Source: Lama glama | Lineage: Eukaryota | DNA: 64,000 bases | Assembly: GCA_028534125.1 (NCBI GenBank) | Contig: CM052817.1 | Location: 78,122,001 to 78,186,000 of the forward strand | Direction of reading: 5' to 3' | In this document: positions 40,861-53,672 of the stretch, piece by piece | How positions within the stretch are numbered: the stretch's first letter is position 1 | How the letters are laid out: the number at the start of each line of letters is the position of its first letter | Translations under genes and position numbers: made by a program | The notes under the pieces: model-generated | Seen by the model: only the letters and a program-made list of their open reading frames with translations | Databases searched by the model: none | What the model was told of the DNA's origin: nothing

Positions 40861-41180
40861 TGTTGAGCATGTGTGAGTTTTGGATTTGGCAGGGTCTGAT
40901 TGTGACTGTTTTATCCTGAGGTTAGGCTACTGTGGGAGTTTTCCCCCATCCCCTAACAGATACTACTGCCAGTAGTGGAAGAGACTGGACTAAATGAATG
41001 ACAACCCATCTCCTAAACCAAGCACAGAAAGAGATGACTTAAATGAAGTTTGAGGAGGGAAAAATGGTGTTGAAATGGGCCAAACAAAAACAAAACAATG
41101 GGAAGCATCAGAGAGGAGACAAGACCCAAGGCAGGAGACTTCCCCTCCGATCTTAGAAGGGGTGTTCCCAATACTCTAAA

Positions 41181-41320
41181 CCAGTGATTCTCAAGGTGTG
41201 GTCCCCAACCAGTAGCATCTGGATCACCTGGGAACTTGCTAGGAATACTAATTCCCAGAGCCCACTCCAGTCCTACTAAATCAGAAGCCTTGGGGCTTGT
41301 TCCCAGTAATCTGATGTGCC
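41181..41320. mobile_element. MER5A DNA transposon (partial)
   Basis: cagtgattctcaaggtgtggtccccaaccagtagcatctggatcacctgggaacttgctaggaat...cctactaaatcagaa. Confidence 0.85.
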
Positions 41321-41994
41321 TCTTTTACATTATTAGTTCTGAGTTTCAAAATATATCTGCTTATTTGGGGTTTAGCACATATTTTAATGTTAGATTTACA
41401 AGTATCACATGAGAGCCAAAAGGATAGTATATAATTAGAAATGACTGCTCACCTGAAATTATTTTTATTTGTACTTTCATTTGGAACAGAAAGGATTCTA
41501 CTTGAACTTAAAAGAAAATAAGGTAGCCATGAGGATAATTCAGTAATTGAATGAAGTGATTGGAAAGTTCTCATTTCTACTCCAGTTATTAATATTTCAG
41601 AATTTACTTGCGTAAAGTCTGTCTGCCTACATTGTTCCAACAGGTAATGAATTATGAGCACACATGTGCAGATTTATGTGGTTAAATCTCATTTCTCAAA
41701 AATGAAGTGACTTGGTGACCTTTCCTAAATAGTTTAGTGGCTCTAACTCATGATAGTGGGAGGATCCGAATTTAAATGCAACAGGATATTATTGATACTC
41801 TTGAAGAAAGAAATAGAGCAGTTCATCCAAAGAGCCTGGAGACTATCTACTTTTCCACATGGGTCATATATAACTTTGATGAAATTTGTATGTAATGATC
41901 ATCAATATGCAAAACTTTCTGCCTATAATAAGACAACTTCCATACAAATTTCATTGAACTACAATCAGTCCAGTTCTTCAAGTGTGGTTGCTGC

Positions 41995-42210
41995 TATTCT
42001 AGAGTCAAACAGCCTAGGTTTCAATGTCAGAATTTCCTAGCTGGACCACCTGAGGGAGTGACTTAATCTCTCAGTCTTTTTTTCCCCTTATCTTCAAAAT
42101 GGGTATAACATTAGTACCTCCCATGTAAAACTATTGTGAATGTTAAGTGACATAATGCATGTAAAGTACTTAGACTAGTGCCCAACATTGTGTTCAATAA
42201 AATGTTTTTA
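41995..42210 (+). mobile_element. MIR SINE
   Basis: ctagagtcaaacagcctaggtttcaa...gtgacttaatctctcag...aaaatgggtataacattagtacctccc...aatgcatgtaaagtacttag. Confidence 0.85.
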
Positions 42211-43561
42211 TTAGTGTATTAATAATAAATGTAATATTTTACATTGAAAATGAAACCCATGGAAGTCCATAGTGCTAAAATTAGTCCTTGGTCATATATC
42301 TGTAAGGGTCTTATCTAGCAATATTACCTGAATACTTTTGACATGTGATTCACAGCTCATTTTAAAACTTAGCACATTGATTTGGTCCAAGGACTGCCAT
42401 GAATTCGCATGGTAATATTATATGAGATGGATTTAAGCAAGCCATTTGGGATAATCCAAGCAAATTACCAACAGCCGATAGAGGATTTCTGCATATGTAG
42501 CTGTGTTTGCTCTGGTCTTCCTGCCTGTTGGTAGCAGCAAAATACTGTATTAACTTTATCCTTCTGGTGTCCACCTGGCCTTCCATTCCTAGACCTTGAG
42601 TTCCAATGACATCACCCTTTGATCTTTCCATTTTTAATGTCCATCTGCTGCATGACTTTTTCTTCCAGGCTGATGCACAGACCTGTGAGAAAGAACAACC
42701 CCTCATTTAACATGAAAAAGTGATTATTTCTATTAAATAATGTTTAAAAATAGACATGGTCTAATACTTTCAATAGATTTGGAATAGATTCACTAAAACT
42801 TCAAGAATCTATTTGTTCTCTTGCCTATGGTTGACCCAATGGAAAAATGAAGCATTATACTCCTCCATTAGTCACTGCATACATCTTAAAAATAAAAATA
42901 AATTTTAAATGCCGCAATTAATCCCCTGTTCTCAATTTTTTAAAACAAGGAAAAAAGAAATGACTTGTGGATTTGGAATAAGAGCTGTTATGTAAAAATA
43001 GAGTTAGAAGGGAAACTGAAAACATGTGAATGACAAGATAAAAGAGTAATAAGAAAAAATGTTTAAGAGTTGTGGTACATTCTGATGGCTCTACTTCTTA
43101 ATTCAGCCAAAGGGGAGAAATAGTTTGTGGTAAATATTGCAGGCAGAATAGCAGGGTGCATGTGAGCTACACACATCTGGCACACAGGTGTCCAAGTGGA
43201 ATTTGCTGTCACTCCAAGAAACAGTCAGATGTTGTCTTTTTAAATGGAGAATGGTGTGAGGACTAGTGGAATTCGGTGTTAGATGTCAAGCATACAACAT
43301 ATTCATTTAAGTCAGGGTTGCAGTCAGAATTGCTGTTTGACATCCTTTTGAGTTAATTTTACTCAATAGAAAATGTTTCTTGAACATGGGATAAAAACCA
43401 ATTTCTTGCTCTCCCTTCAGAATCCCATCTTTAGAGCAAACAAATGTTTCTAGTTTCCATTGCTGAAAACCTTACTTTAAGTTGCAGAGAGATCAGTTGT
43501 TCTTCTGGTTTGAAAGAAATAAAAAGATTATCAGAAAGATTATTGATCACTGAGTTATTCT

Positions 43562-43775
43562 TTTATTTATTTTTTTAAATTGAAGTCAGTTTACAATGTT
43601 GTGTCAATTTCTGGTGTACAGCATAATAGTTCAGTCATACATATACATACATATGTTCATTTTCATATTCTTTTTCATTATAGGTTACTACCAGATATTG
43701 AATATAGTTCCCTGTGCTATACAGAAGAAACTTATTGTTTACCTAGTTTATATATAGTAGTTAATATCTGCAAAT
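43562..43775 (-). mobile_element. 5'-truncated lineage-specific L1 3' UTR, antisense
   Basis: T-rich tail then ttgaagtcagtttacaatgttgtgtcaatttctggtgtacagc...atagttccctgtgctatacag; reverse complement of the family at 2301 and 20683. Confidence 0.92.
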
Positions 43776-44791
43776 ATTGAACAGACTTTCAAATAACAGT
43801 TTGTTTTTGACACAGAAATGGAGCATTCTTGACAATAGTTTAAGTGTCTTCTGGCTGTTTTAATCCCACTACTGGCAAACTCCTCACCTTCCTCCTCTGA
43901 GGTCCTGTGGCACCCACCTTTATTTACTTTCTTGGAGACATCTGCCATTACCCCGTTTTACAGATGAACCATGAACAGGAACTTGTGCAGTTGGGTCTGA
44001 ACTAGCTGAAGCTATTTGCCAAATACCCTTTCTGAACTCCCTTGTCTTTCCTGGACTCTCTTTTTTAGACTAGGCTGAGAGAACATCTCTGTGGGTCTCC
44101 TGTGTGCAGTCTTGCTCTGTGACAGTGACACTGAGGCTGTGCTTTCCCTCTGAGAACTGAACTCTCAGCTCTTTAAGATTAAACCTTCTCTCTGTGGTTC
44201 CACAAAGGATGACATCAGTCAGTCAACTTTGCTTCATGTATATAGAAACCAATTCCTAAACCAGAGTGGTGCATGTGTATATGTGTGTGTGTGTGTTTAT
44301 AGGATATGTGCAAACCCTGGCACAAAGTTTGTCTGTCCTGTCAATATTGTCTTCATTCTATCCTGATTGATTTTTCTTTAAAAAATAAGCTTATTGAGTT
44401 TTTTCCCTTAACTTAAAAAAAGTGATTAAAAAAGTGTTCATTATTTAACATCTGGAAGCTACGAGAAAAGATTATTATATAACCACAATTGAATTTTAAT
44501 GTCTATTACTCTGATGTTTTATTTAAGCAGATAAGTATATACATTCGTATACTTTTATATTCCATTAATACTGTCCTTCCAAAGTATTTAATAAATGTGT
44601 AAATTCCATCATAATACTGATATATTAATCTAATATTTTATCAAAGTTGTACATTATATAGTTTTAACTAGCAGTTTTCAATGCTTTCAGAAAAAAGGAG
44701 GGGGCCAACTCAACATGAATATACCACTATTTCTTGATTTCCCAAGAAAAATATAATCTACTGACTTCCAACCCTGAAAAGATAAACACAA

Positions 44792-44792
<1 letters not shown>

Positions 44793-44836
<44 letters not shown>
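44793..44836. repeat. (CT)n(CA)n microsatellite
   Basis: Directly visible. Confidence 0.95.
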
Positions 44837-44837
<1 letters not shown>

Positions 44838-45615
44838 GCATGTGTCTACTCTATTCATCCTTTCAATGTAATCACATTATATTTTGCGTGTCCTTTTTAT
44901 GACTATGTATTTTCACCATTACACTATGTAGGACATTACGTTGATATTTTCTGTCTTGTTCAAATTTTTGTTGTTTCCACTGTTGGTGAGTAATAATCAC
45001 TTTTTTTCCATTTGATTAGTTTCTATGTCCCCATCACTAATTTCTCACCAAAATATCTGGCATAATTATAATCTCCATTCCTGCTGAAGAAAGTGAATGT
45101 TAATCTCAATAAAATTGAGGTTCCCTCCCAACGTTTGCAGGGGCTGTGGCTGAGTTCCTGGACCTTACAGTGTATCAAGGTATTAGAGGTCATCTGATAT
45201 TTGGGATATCCATCTATCCTTAGTCTTTTGTCCATGGAGATTTGCTTTGTTGTTCCACCCTGTGTGACCTCCTTAGGACCAAATGTTTCTATTAAAAGAT
45301 AGATTTTTCCAGGCTCAACAAAAACACAAACCAATTATATTATAATTGCTATTATTTTTGGTGTATTCAGCATTTTTTCTTTATATTTACCTTCCATTTA
45401 ATTTTTCTTCACCATTCCTTCAATTATTTCATATTTTTTTCTAGCTATATTTTCTGTATTCTTGAAGTAAATAGCAAACATCTCTGTTTTTGTTGATCTA
45501 AAAATATCTTTATGTTAACCTTGATATTGAATGATTATTTGCTGGCTGTAAGTTATGAATTTTTTTTCAATCCAAGCAGAAATCATACTTATAAAATGTT
45601 TTTGTTATTTTAGAA

Positions 45616-45616
<1 letters not shown>

Positions 45617-45654
<38 letters not shown>

Positions 45655-45681
45655 TGTATATATATATAAATATATATATAT
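45617..45681. repeat. (TG)n(TA)n microsatellite
   Basis: Directly visible. Confidence 0.95.
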
Positions 45682-46504
45682 TTATGCCAGTTGACCTTTT
45701 CACTGAAGAGCAGTCACTGAAAGCTTACGTCTTCATGTGGTGGTCTAAATTTCAATCCCCACCATGACTGGTCTCGTCTCCCCAGATTTGGCCATTAAAA
45801 ATTAAGGTGTTAGATTTGAAGTATCCACAGTATACGTGGTTTCATGCTATCTTAACCATTCTAGTTTCAGCTCACTTTTTGTTTTTATCCTCTGTGAATT
45901 GTCTGTATGTCTTGTGAGCTCGATTTTGCATTATTAAGACTTTATCTCCTCTGGAATTCCTAGGTAATTACAGTAGGATGATTTTCCAAGCTATAAATGC
46001 CATATTGTCTGATTCAACAGTTTTTTCAATGTCCACCTCTTTTTCATTTCCTCTGTTATTGAGCTTGAGGTCCATCACCCAGAATAATGACCACTCCTTA
46101 CACACATCCTTAATTCCTTTGCTCCCTTTTTCCTCCATCACACTGGAGTAGCATAACCGCAGACCTACTTACACAAATCCCATTTGCTTCATAAGCATTA
46201 TATTGTGCTGACTGGGTGTGCTTTAAATTTATGACAACAAACCTTAAGTAATTCACCAGGGCTGAACAATCTTTCTACATTTCCACATTGAGTTGCCTCA
46301 TTGACTTGTTTCATTCTACAGGAAGACACATTCACACCTTTTTTTCTCAATTCATCAATACACTCAGAGCTAATGACTTTGCCTCTTTTTTCGCTGAATA
46401 AAAAGATAGCAAAAAAGAATGACCTCATCCTCCCCAGCACCTTATCTTCTGACATCCTGCATCCCCTTCCTTCCATTACAGTGGCTTAGTGAGCGGTGTC
46501 TGTT

Positions 46505-47456
46505 CTGTTCTTTTCTTTTCTTTTCTTTTCTTTTCNNNNNNNNNNNNNNNNNNNNNNNNNNNNNNNNNNNNNNNNNNNNNNNNNNNNNNNNNNNNNNNNN
46601 NNNNNNNNNNNNNNNNNNNNNNNNNNNNNNNNNNNNNNNNNNNNNNNNNNNNNNNNNNNNNNNNNNNNNNNNNNNNNNNNNNNNNNNNNNNNNNNNNNNN
46701 NNNNNNNNNNNNNNNNNNNNNNNNNNNNNNNNNNNNNNNNNNNNNNNNNNNNNNNNNNNNNNNNNNNNNNNNNNNNNNNNNNNNNNNNNNNNNNNNNNNN
46801 NNNNNNNNNNNNNNNNNNNNNNNNNNNNNNNNNNNNNNNNNNNNNNNNNNNNNNNNNNNNNNNNNNNNNNNNNNNNNNNNNNNNNNNNNNNNNNNNNNNN
46901 NNNNNNNNNNNNNNNNNNNNNNNNNNNNNNNNNNNNNNNNNNNNNNNNNNNNNNNNNNNNNNNNNNNNNNNNNNNNNNNNNNNNNNNNNNNNNNNNNNNN
47001 NNNNNNNNNNNNNNNNNNNNNNNNNNNNNNNNNNNATTTCTCTGATAATTAGTGATATTGAGTATTTTTTCATGTGCCTCTTGATTATTTGTATGTCTTC
47101 CTTGGAGAATTGCTTGTTTAGGTCTTCTGCCCATTTTTGGATTGGGTTGTTTGTTTTTTTCTTATTAAGTCATATGAGCTGCTTACATATTCTGGAGATC
47201 AAGCCTTTGTCGGTTTCATTTGCAAACATTTTCTCCCATTCTGTAGGTTGTCTTTTTGTTTTACTTATGATTTCCTTTGCAGTGCAGAAGCTTGGAAGTT
47301 TGATTAGGTCCCATTTGTTTATTCTTGCTTTTATTTGTATTGCTTGGGTAGACTGTTCTAGGAGAACATTTTTGAGATGTATATCAGATAATATTTTGCC
47401 TGTATTTTCTTCTAGGAGATTTATTGTATCTTGTCTTATATTTAAGTCTTTGATCC
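46505..47456 (-). mobile_element. Young L1, antisense: (TTTTC)n tail, gap, then 3' part of ORF2
   Basis: 47036-47452 is little-diverged antisense ORF2 (ttctcccattctgtaggttgtctttttg...gcagaagcttggaagtttgattaggtcccatttg); (ttttc)n at 46505-46535 is the likely tail. Linkage across the gap is inferred. Confidence 0.8.
46536..47035. other. Assembly gap (500 N)
   Basis: Run of N. Confidence 1.
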
Positions 47457-47533
47457 TTTCTTTCTTTCTTCCTTCCTTCCTTTCTTCCTTTCTTTTTCTT
47501 TCTTTCTTTCTTCCTTTCTTTTTTTTTTTTTTT

Positions 47534-48180
47534 GCACATGAACATTTAATTTTCCCAGGACAATTTGTTGAAAAAACTTATTTTTTCATTCAGTTGCCTT
47601 TGCTGTTTTTCAAATATCAGTTGACTATGTCTATGTGGGCCTATGTCTAGGCTCTCTGTGCTGTTCCATTGGTCTACATCTCTGTTCTTTCACCAACACC
47701 ACTGTAGTAATTACTCTAACTTCACAGTAAGCCTTGAAATTTAGTAGTGTGAATCCTCCAACTTTATTATTCTCCACTGTTCTGTTAACTATTATATGTT
47801 TTTTCCCTTTTGTGAAAGCTTTAAAATCAGTCTGCTGATGTCTACAATTTTCTGGCATTTTGAGTGAGATTTTGTTGAATTTGTGTATCAAGTTGGGAAG
47901 AATTGACATCTTAACAATATCTAGTTTTTCAACCCATGAACATAGAATAGTTTTTCATTTATTTGAATACTCTTTGATTTCTTTCAGCAGAGTTTTGTAG
48001 TTTTCTGCATATGGATATGGTATATATCTTGTTAGATGTTGACCTATTGCATGTTTTGGTGCTATCATGAGAGGTATTTTATTTAAAATTTTAATTATTG
48101 CTAATGTATAGAGAAACAATGATTTTTATAAATTAACATTTTATTCTGAGACCTTACTGTGATTGCTTATTAGTTCCAGG
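47534..48180 (-). mobile_element. Older L1 ORF2 fragment, antisense
   Basis: ORF track 47631-47909 MSILPNLIHKFNKISLKMP...NKVGGFTLLNFKAY ~ ORF2p MAILPKVIYRFNAIPIKLP...NKAGGITLPDFKLY; frameshifted. Confidence 0.88.
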
Positions 48181-48184
48181 TCAT

Positions 48185-48385
48185 CATGTTTGCCGGGAGC
48201 TAGGATGTGTAGGGATTCGGGAGTGACTGCTGATGGGTGTGGGGTTTCTTTTTAGTGTGATGAAATATACTGGAATTAGAGAGTGATGATAATTGCATTA
48301 CTTTGTAAATATACTAAGAGCACTGAGTTATATATTGTAAAAGGGTGAATTTTATGGTATGTGAATTATAATTAAGTTTGTCTTT
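48185..48385 (+). mobile_element. L1MB-like 3' UTR
   Basis: gggagtgactgctgatgggtgtggggtttctttttagtgtgatgaaa...aaagggtgaattttatggtatgtgaattata. Confidence 0.85.
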
Positions 48386-48439
48386 AAGTTATTGATGGAT
48401 ATTATAAAAAATACACACACACACACACACCTTCAGCCA

Positions 48440-49480
48440 GAGCCATTTTCTTTTGGTGAAAAATAAAAGTTTTTGTCTAAAAACTGGAAAGGACTAGGAT
48501 ACTTTCCAGCCCCTCAGTATTTAACAGTGTGTTGGAGGTTTTAGCCAAGGCAATTAGACTAAATAAAGTAATTAGTTATAAGAATTGGAAAGTGCAGGAA
48601 GAAAAAAATTATTTTTATTTGCAGATGAGAGACTGTATATGTAAAATCAGAAAGAATGCATAGGAAAATTACCAGAAAATTAAGATAATTTAGTCAAGGA
48701 CAGATTTTAAATACTACTTACAAAAATCAATAACTTCACAATTAGAAATACTAAGCAGTTAGATATGATGAAAGAGAAAAACTTCACTTGTAATAACAAT
48801 TAAATTCATACCTACTAGAAATTTACAAACATCTATGAGGAAAAGCATTAACAAACTCCTGAAAGAAAAATCAATAAACTTAAGATTAATGGAAAGATGT
48901 ACCATGTAGGCCATAAATGAAAGCATACCATGTTTTTAGTTAAGAAGACTCAATATCAAAAAATTATAATTTAATGATATTCCAGTAAAAATGCTATTGC
49001 TTTTGGAACCAGCCAGCCAAATTATGAACTTATTTAGAATATTTGAAATGCAGGAAGGAAGAGCAGTTGTTAGGAAAGAGGAGAACTTCTACACCTATGA
49101 TATATTACACATATATTAGAATCTCTATAATTAAAGCCATGTAGTGCAACAGTAACACATGCATACCAATGGAAAAGAAGTTTTAAAATCCAACTAAGCC
49201 AAATTGTATATGCTAAGTTAGAAAATATTAAAGGAGTGTCATATCAGTGGGAAGAAAATGATGTGGGGATGACTGGAAAGCCACGTGGCAAGGGACCAGT
49301 TTGGATCTGTTTCTGGCTCACGCAAATGAATAAAAAGAACATATACGGGGATGAATTTCTTTACAAACTGAGTAGGAAAAACATTCTAAGACCCCAAAGC
49401 TAGTGGTATTAAAAACGAGATGGATAAATTTGACTAGGTAAAAACAATAACTTTAAAAGGCAGAAATGTGAGTAATGGGA
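48440..49480 (+). mobile_element. Ancient L1 ORF2 reverse-transcriptase remnant
   Basis: tttaacagtgtgttggaggttttagccaaggcaattagac ~ FNIVLEVLARAIR; ttatttgcagatgag ~ LFADD. Confidence 0.75.
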
Positions 49481-50577
49481 TATAACCTAATTGCATAAAC
49501 ATCTGAAAAGTAACCTTCAATGTATTTAATCATCATATGGTTAATGATAATATTAGTATGAAACAATTAAATACAGTAGAATGAAGTAATATGAACGAAA
49601 GATTAAGAACAAGTAGAATTGATACTTTTATAACTTGTGATAAATTTTAATGGTTCATTTCATATGTTTCATACATTCTGTTTTAGGGTCCTTTCTGGAC
49701 ACTTCACATTTTTATTACCATTGTGAGTGAGATGTTTCCCATTTTATTTCCTACCAGGTTATTGGTAATGCATAAATATGCATGCACATGCATATGTATG
49801 TTATTAATCTTTGAATAATTTTATTAGACCATCTTATTAAACACTCATTACATTTACTGGTATTTTGACCTTTTCAGAGTTTAGTGGGGCAATAAACCTT
49901 ACATCTCTCCTCATTTAGAGCCAACTAAAATGTTGGCACAAGACCAAACAAGTAGAAAGAGATCAGCTAAGCAGGCAGATTACTAATACTGGCCGCCTGA
50001 ATTAGACAGACATCCCTCAGTCACAGCGTCGCTAACCAGCTAACCTTCCAGGCAGACTTGCCCAGGTAAGCTAATTGCATGGTTGAGGTCAAACTGGAAT
50101 ACAAGTCTGTGTGGGCAACACATCCAGGAGAACAGAGTAAGATCTTATTTCATTCTTTCAATCAGATTAATCTCTTACAAAGATGCAAGTGAATGGGGAA
50201 GATGAACTGAGAAATATTATTCTAGTTGAAGCTCCTTATCATATAAACTCGCAGGCCAAAAGAATGGAGATTCTCCTTAAAATTTTGGTATTTCTTGGAT
50301 AGTGACTGGATCTAATCACTTATCTATAAAAGTTATGACTCTTTTCTTTCCACTACTAAAGTATAGCCATTTCAGTAATTCACATTATTTTCTTATTTCT
50401 TTAAAGCATTTGAGTTTATGACTCCAAAGTATAGGAGGAGATGTTCTAGACTTTGGCTCTGGAGGCTTCGATGAGAGATCCTTTGCAGTTAGTCAGTAAT
50501 TGTTTATTTTTCTGGATTGCAGTCTATATTTCCTTAATCCAGGTGCAATAATATAGGTGAGCCAGTACATCACTGGA

Positions 50578-51038
50578 CTTTTTTCTTCCTTATTTTCTTT
50601 TTCTCCTTTCCTTTCCTTCCTTCTTTCTTTTCTTTTCTTTTTTTTCTTTATTTTTTTTCCTTTCCCTTTCTTTCTTTCTTACTTCCTTTCTTCCTTTCCT
50701 TTCCTTCTTTTCTTTTTGTTTTCTTTTCTTTTCTTCCTTTCCTTTCTTTTCTTTTTTCCTTCCTTTCTTCCTTCCTTTCTTTCTCTCTCTCTTTCTCTTT
50801 CTTTCTTTCTTTCTTTCTTTCTTCCTTTCTTCCTTTCCTTTCCTTTCCTTCTTTTCTTTTTTTTTCTTTTCTTTTCTTCCTTTCCTTTCTTTTCTTTTTT
50901 CCTTCCTTCCTTCCTTCCTTCCTTCCTTCCTTTTCTTTTCTTTCTTCCTTCCTTCCTCCCTCCCTTTCTTTTTCTTTCTCTCTCTCTCTCCCCCTCCCCC
51001 TTTCTTCATTTCTTCCTTTGTTTCTTTCTTTCTTTCCC
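50578..51038. repeat. ~460 bp complex (TTTC/TTCC/TC)n polypyrimidine tract
   Basis: Almost exclusively C/T on the + strand. Confidence 0.97.
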
Positions 51039-51352
51039 AGTCAGCTTATAAAGTGTAATCCTAGAATATGTTTTTCATCTTCCACTGCCAGCACTGCAAT
51101 GCAAATGATGGGAATTGGTTATTGAATTTATTCTATTGCCATTTCTTATCTTTAGTCCCTTACCTAGTACCTTTTCTAAGTTTTTATATGTCAATATTTT
51201 TATGAGAAGTTGGGCAGAAGTGATTAAGAATTTCTAGTTTATTGTCATATTAATCTAGAAATCGAACATTTTTAAAAACCAAATCACATTTCCAAATTTT
51301 TTGACAAAAGCACTTAGACTACCACCAAAAGATATATATCTTTGTGTGTTTG

Positions 51353-51374
51353 TATATATATATATATATATATA

Positions 51375-51418
<44 letters not shown>
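51353..51418. repeat. (TA)n microsatellite, interrupted
   Basis: Directly visible. Confidence 0.95.
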
Positions 51419-51419
<1 letters not shown>

Positions 51420-53177
51420 GCTTACACACATCCTGATTATTTATACCCATTTCAAATGAGGAAGAGATATTCTAAGAGGGCCATTGTGGGAAGAAGGATA
51501 AAAAATGAATATAAACTACTAATATGTCATCTCTTACACCCTGTAGACAGTATAAGTAAATTAAATTGAAAAACAATTCAGTGGTGGTTGAAAAGTGTCA
51601 GTACTACTTGAGGTAAAGCAGGAAGCAGTCAAAAGCTTATTAATGCTGAGAATGAGAGAAAACAATCTGTGAAACAGGCACACACATGCATGCACAGACA
51701 CACATCTCACACAGAGCACACATATACATACAGCATCAACCATGCACCAGATACTGTTACAATGTTTAAAAATTTTATTATTTTCAACATTCACAACAAC
51801 TAGACAAGGTAGAAATTATATTCCTGATTTATAGATTAGAAAACGCAGGGATTTTTTTGCTTTTTAATGCTAGAGGATTCTGAGAATTATCAAATCCAAC
51901 TGAAATATGTCACAGGAGCTCATTGATTAAAGACATCTGTGGAGAAATAAATACAATGTAATTATTTTGTACAGTGCAAAGTGAGTCATGAAAATTAGTG
52001 AAGTTATGAATAAACTACAACCACGTAACATCACTAATATCTGTCATGTATAAAGGAAACAGCTACTTTATCCTGGAAAAGCAGATCTATGCAAATTGAA
52101 TGATCCTCCCACTTTTAGTATTATCTTCATTAGTCTGAACTTGTTTCTCAGTTTTGAGTATAATCCTAAAGTGGAGAGGAATGTGAAATCATCACATCTT
52201 ATTGTCCAAAATGTGAGATTGTACATATTTTGAAATGAGATTTAACATGTGAAATATTACACCATAATCATGTCTTTGCTTAGCTTTTGCCTCCTAACTG
52301 ATGTGTGGCTTAAGACTTACGAGTCTTAACATTTTATATTCTTACTATAGGATAGCTGTTGGCTAAATATAAATCTTAAGAGACAGAGGTTCTGTAGCAG
52401 TCAGATTTCAGTGTGATTTCTGTGTCCACTTCACTTTTCTTTGGATATATGATTTTTTCTCACTTCCTTGACAGGCTTTTGATAATTCAGGATTTTTTTC
52501 CCTTATCATCTCAAGAGATTTTTCTCCTGTCAAAAGACAAAATCCTAATTTTTCACATATAAATTAAATAATATGAGATCTGGAGTACAGAGAGAAGCAT
52601 AATTCTTTGCAGAGTATAGACATAATCGTTCTTCCAGGAGAAATTCCTTTCAGATGTGAGCAAAATCGGAAACACATTTCCCTTTGTCAGATGACACTCA
52701 CTTACCAGATGAAGGAGAAGTCACCTTCAGGGTAACTCAAGGGTAAGAAGCATGGGGAAAGGCAAGTCCAGGGACCGGCATGCACTCTGACAAGGGTTAC
52801 TCTTTCCTACTTCAGATACTAATGGACAGTTAGAGTCAGAAGTGCCCGTAGAGGTGAACCCCCATGTTTTCTAGGTGGGAGAACAGAGCCCCTGTCTAGG
52901 CCAGAAGAGAGGTATCTGGCTCTTATTCCAGTTCCTTGAGCTGAAACATTCAACTTCTCACATTTCCACTTTCTGCCCTTTTACAAGTCTTATGTAAGGA
53001 AATAATATTAAAATCAAGTCAGAAGGCTAGTGATCAGAATATTTGCATTTATTTCCCTTCTTGATATGACATTTCAGAGCATTAGTTATGCTTAAGTGAA
53101 GCCAAAAAAACCCTTGGGGTCAAAAATGATCCATCTATTTACATTTTGATGTGGGATAACTAGGGTCTGGTGATTAT

Positions 53178-53672
53178 CGAGGGCACCCTTGTCTTGTTTC
53201 TGATCTTAGAGCTTTTAACTGTTGAGTAAGATGTTGGCTGTGAGTGTATCATACATGGCCTTTATGATGTTGGGATGTGTTCCCTCTATGCCCACTTTAT
53301 TGAGAGTTTTTATTATAAATGGATATTGACTTTTGTCAAAAGCTTCTTTTGTATCTATTGAGATGATCGTATGATTTTTATTCTTCAGTTTATTATATGG
53401 TGTCTTACATATTGATTTGTGGATATTGGACTATCCTGAGTATTGCATCCCTGGAATAAATCCCACTTGATTGTGGTGTATGATCCTCTTAATGTGTTGT
53501 TGAATTTGGTTTGCTAATATTTTGATGAGGATTTTTCTGTTTGTGTTCATCAGTTATTATTACCCTGTAGTTTTCTCTTCTGTGGTCTCTTTCTCTGGTT
53601 TTGGTATCAGGGTGATGCTGGCCTCAAAGAATGAGTTCAGAAGCATTCCTTCCTCTTCAGTTTTTTGGAATT
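53178..53672 (-). mobile_element. L1 ORF2 RT-domain fragment, antisense
   Basis: gggcacccttgtcttgtttctga = rc of GTRQGCP-type motif; tgcatccctggaataaatcccacttgat = rc of QVGFIPGMQ; ttttggtatcagggtgatgctggcctc = rc of EASITLIPK. Confidence 0.9.

Noticed and set aside
46419..47650. Long ORFs of 187-384 aa
   Set aside because: Artefacts of the 500-N gap and antisense L1.
50557..51051. F/L/S-rich and K/E/R-rich ORFs
   Set aside because: Translations of the polypyrimidine repeat.
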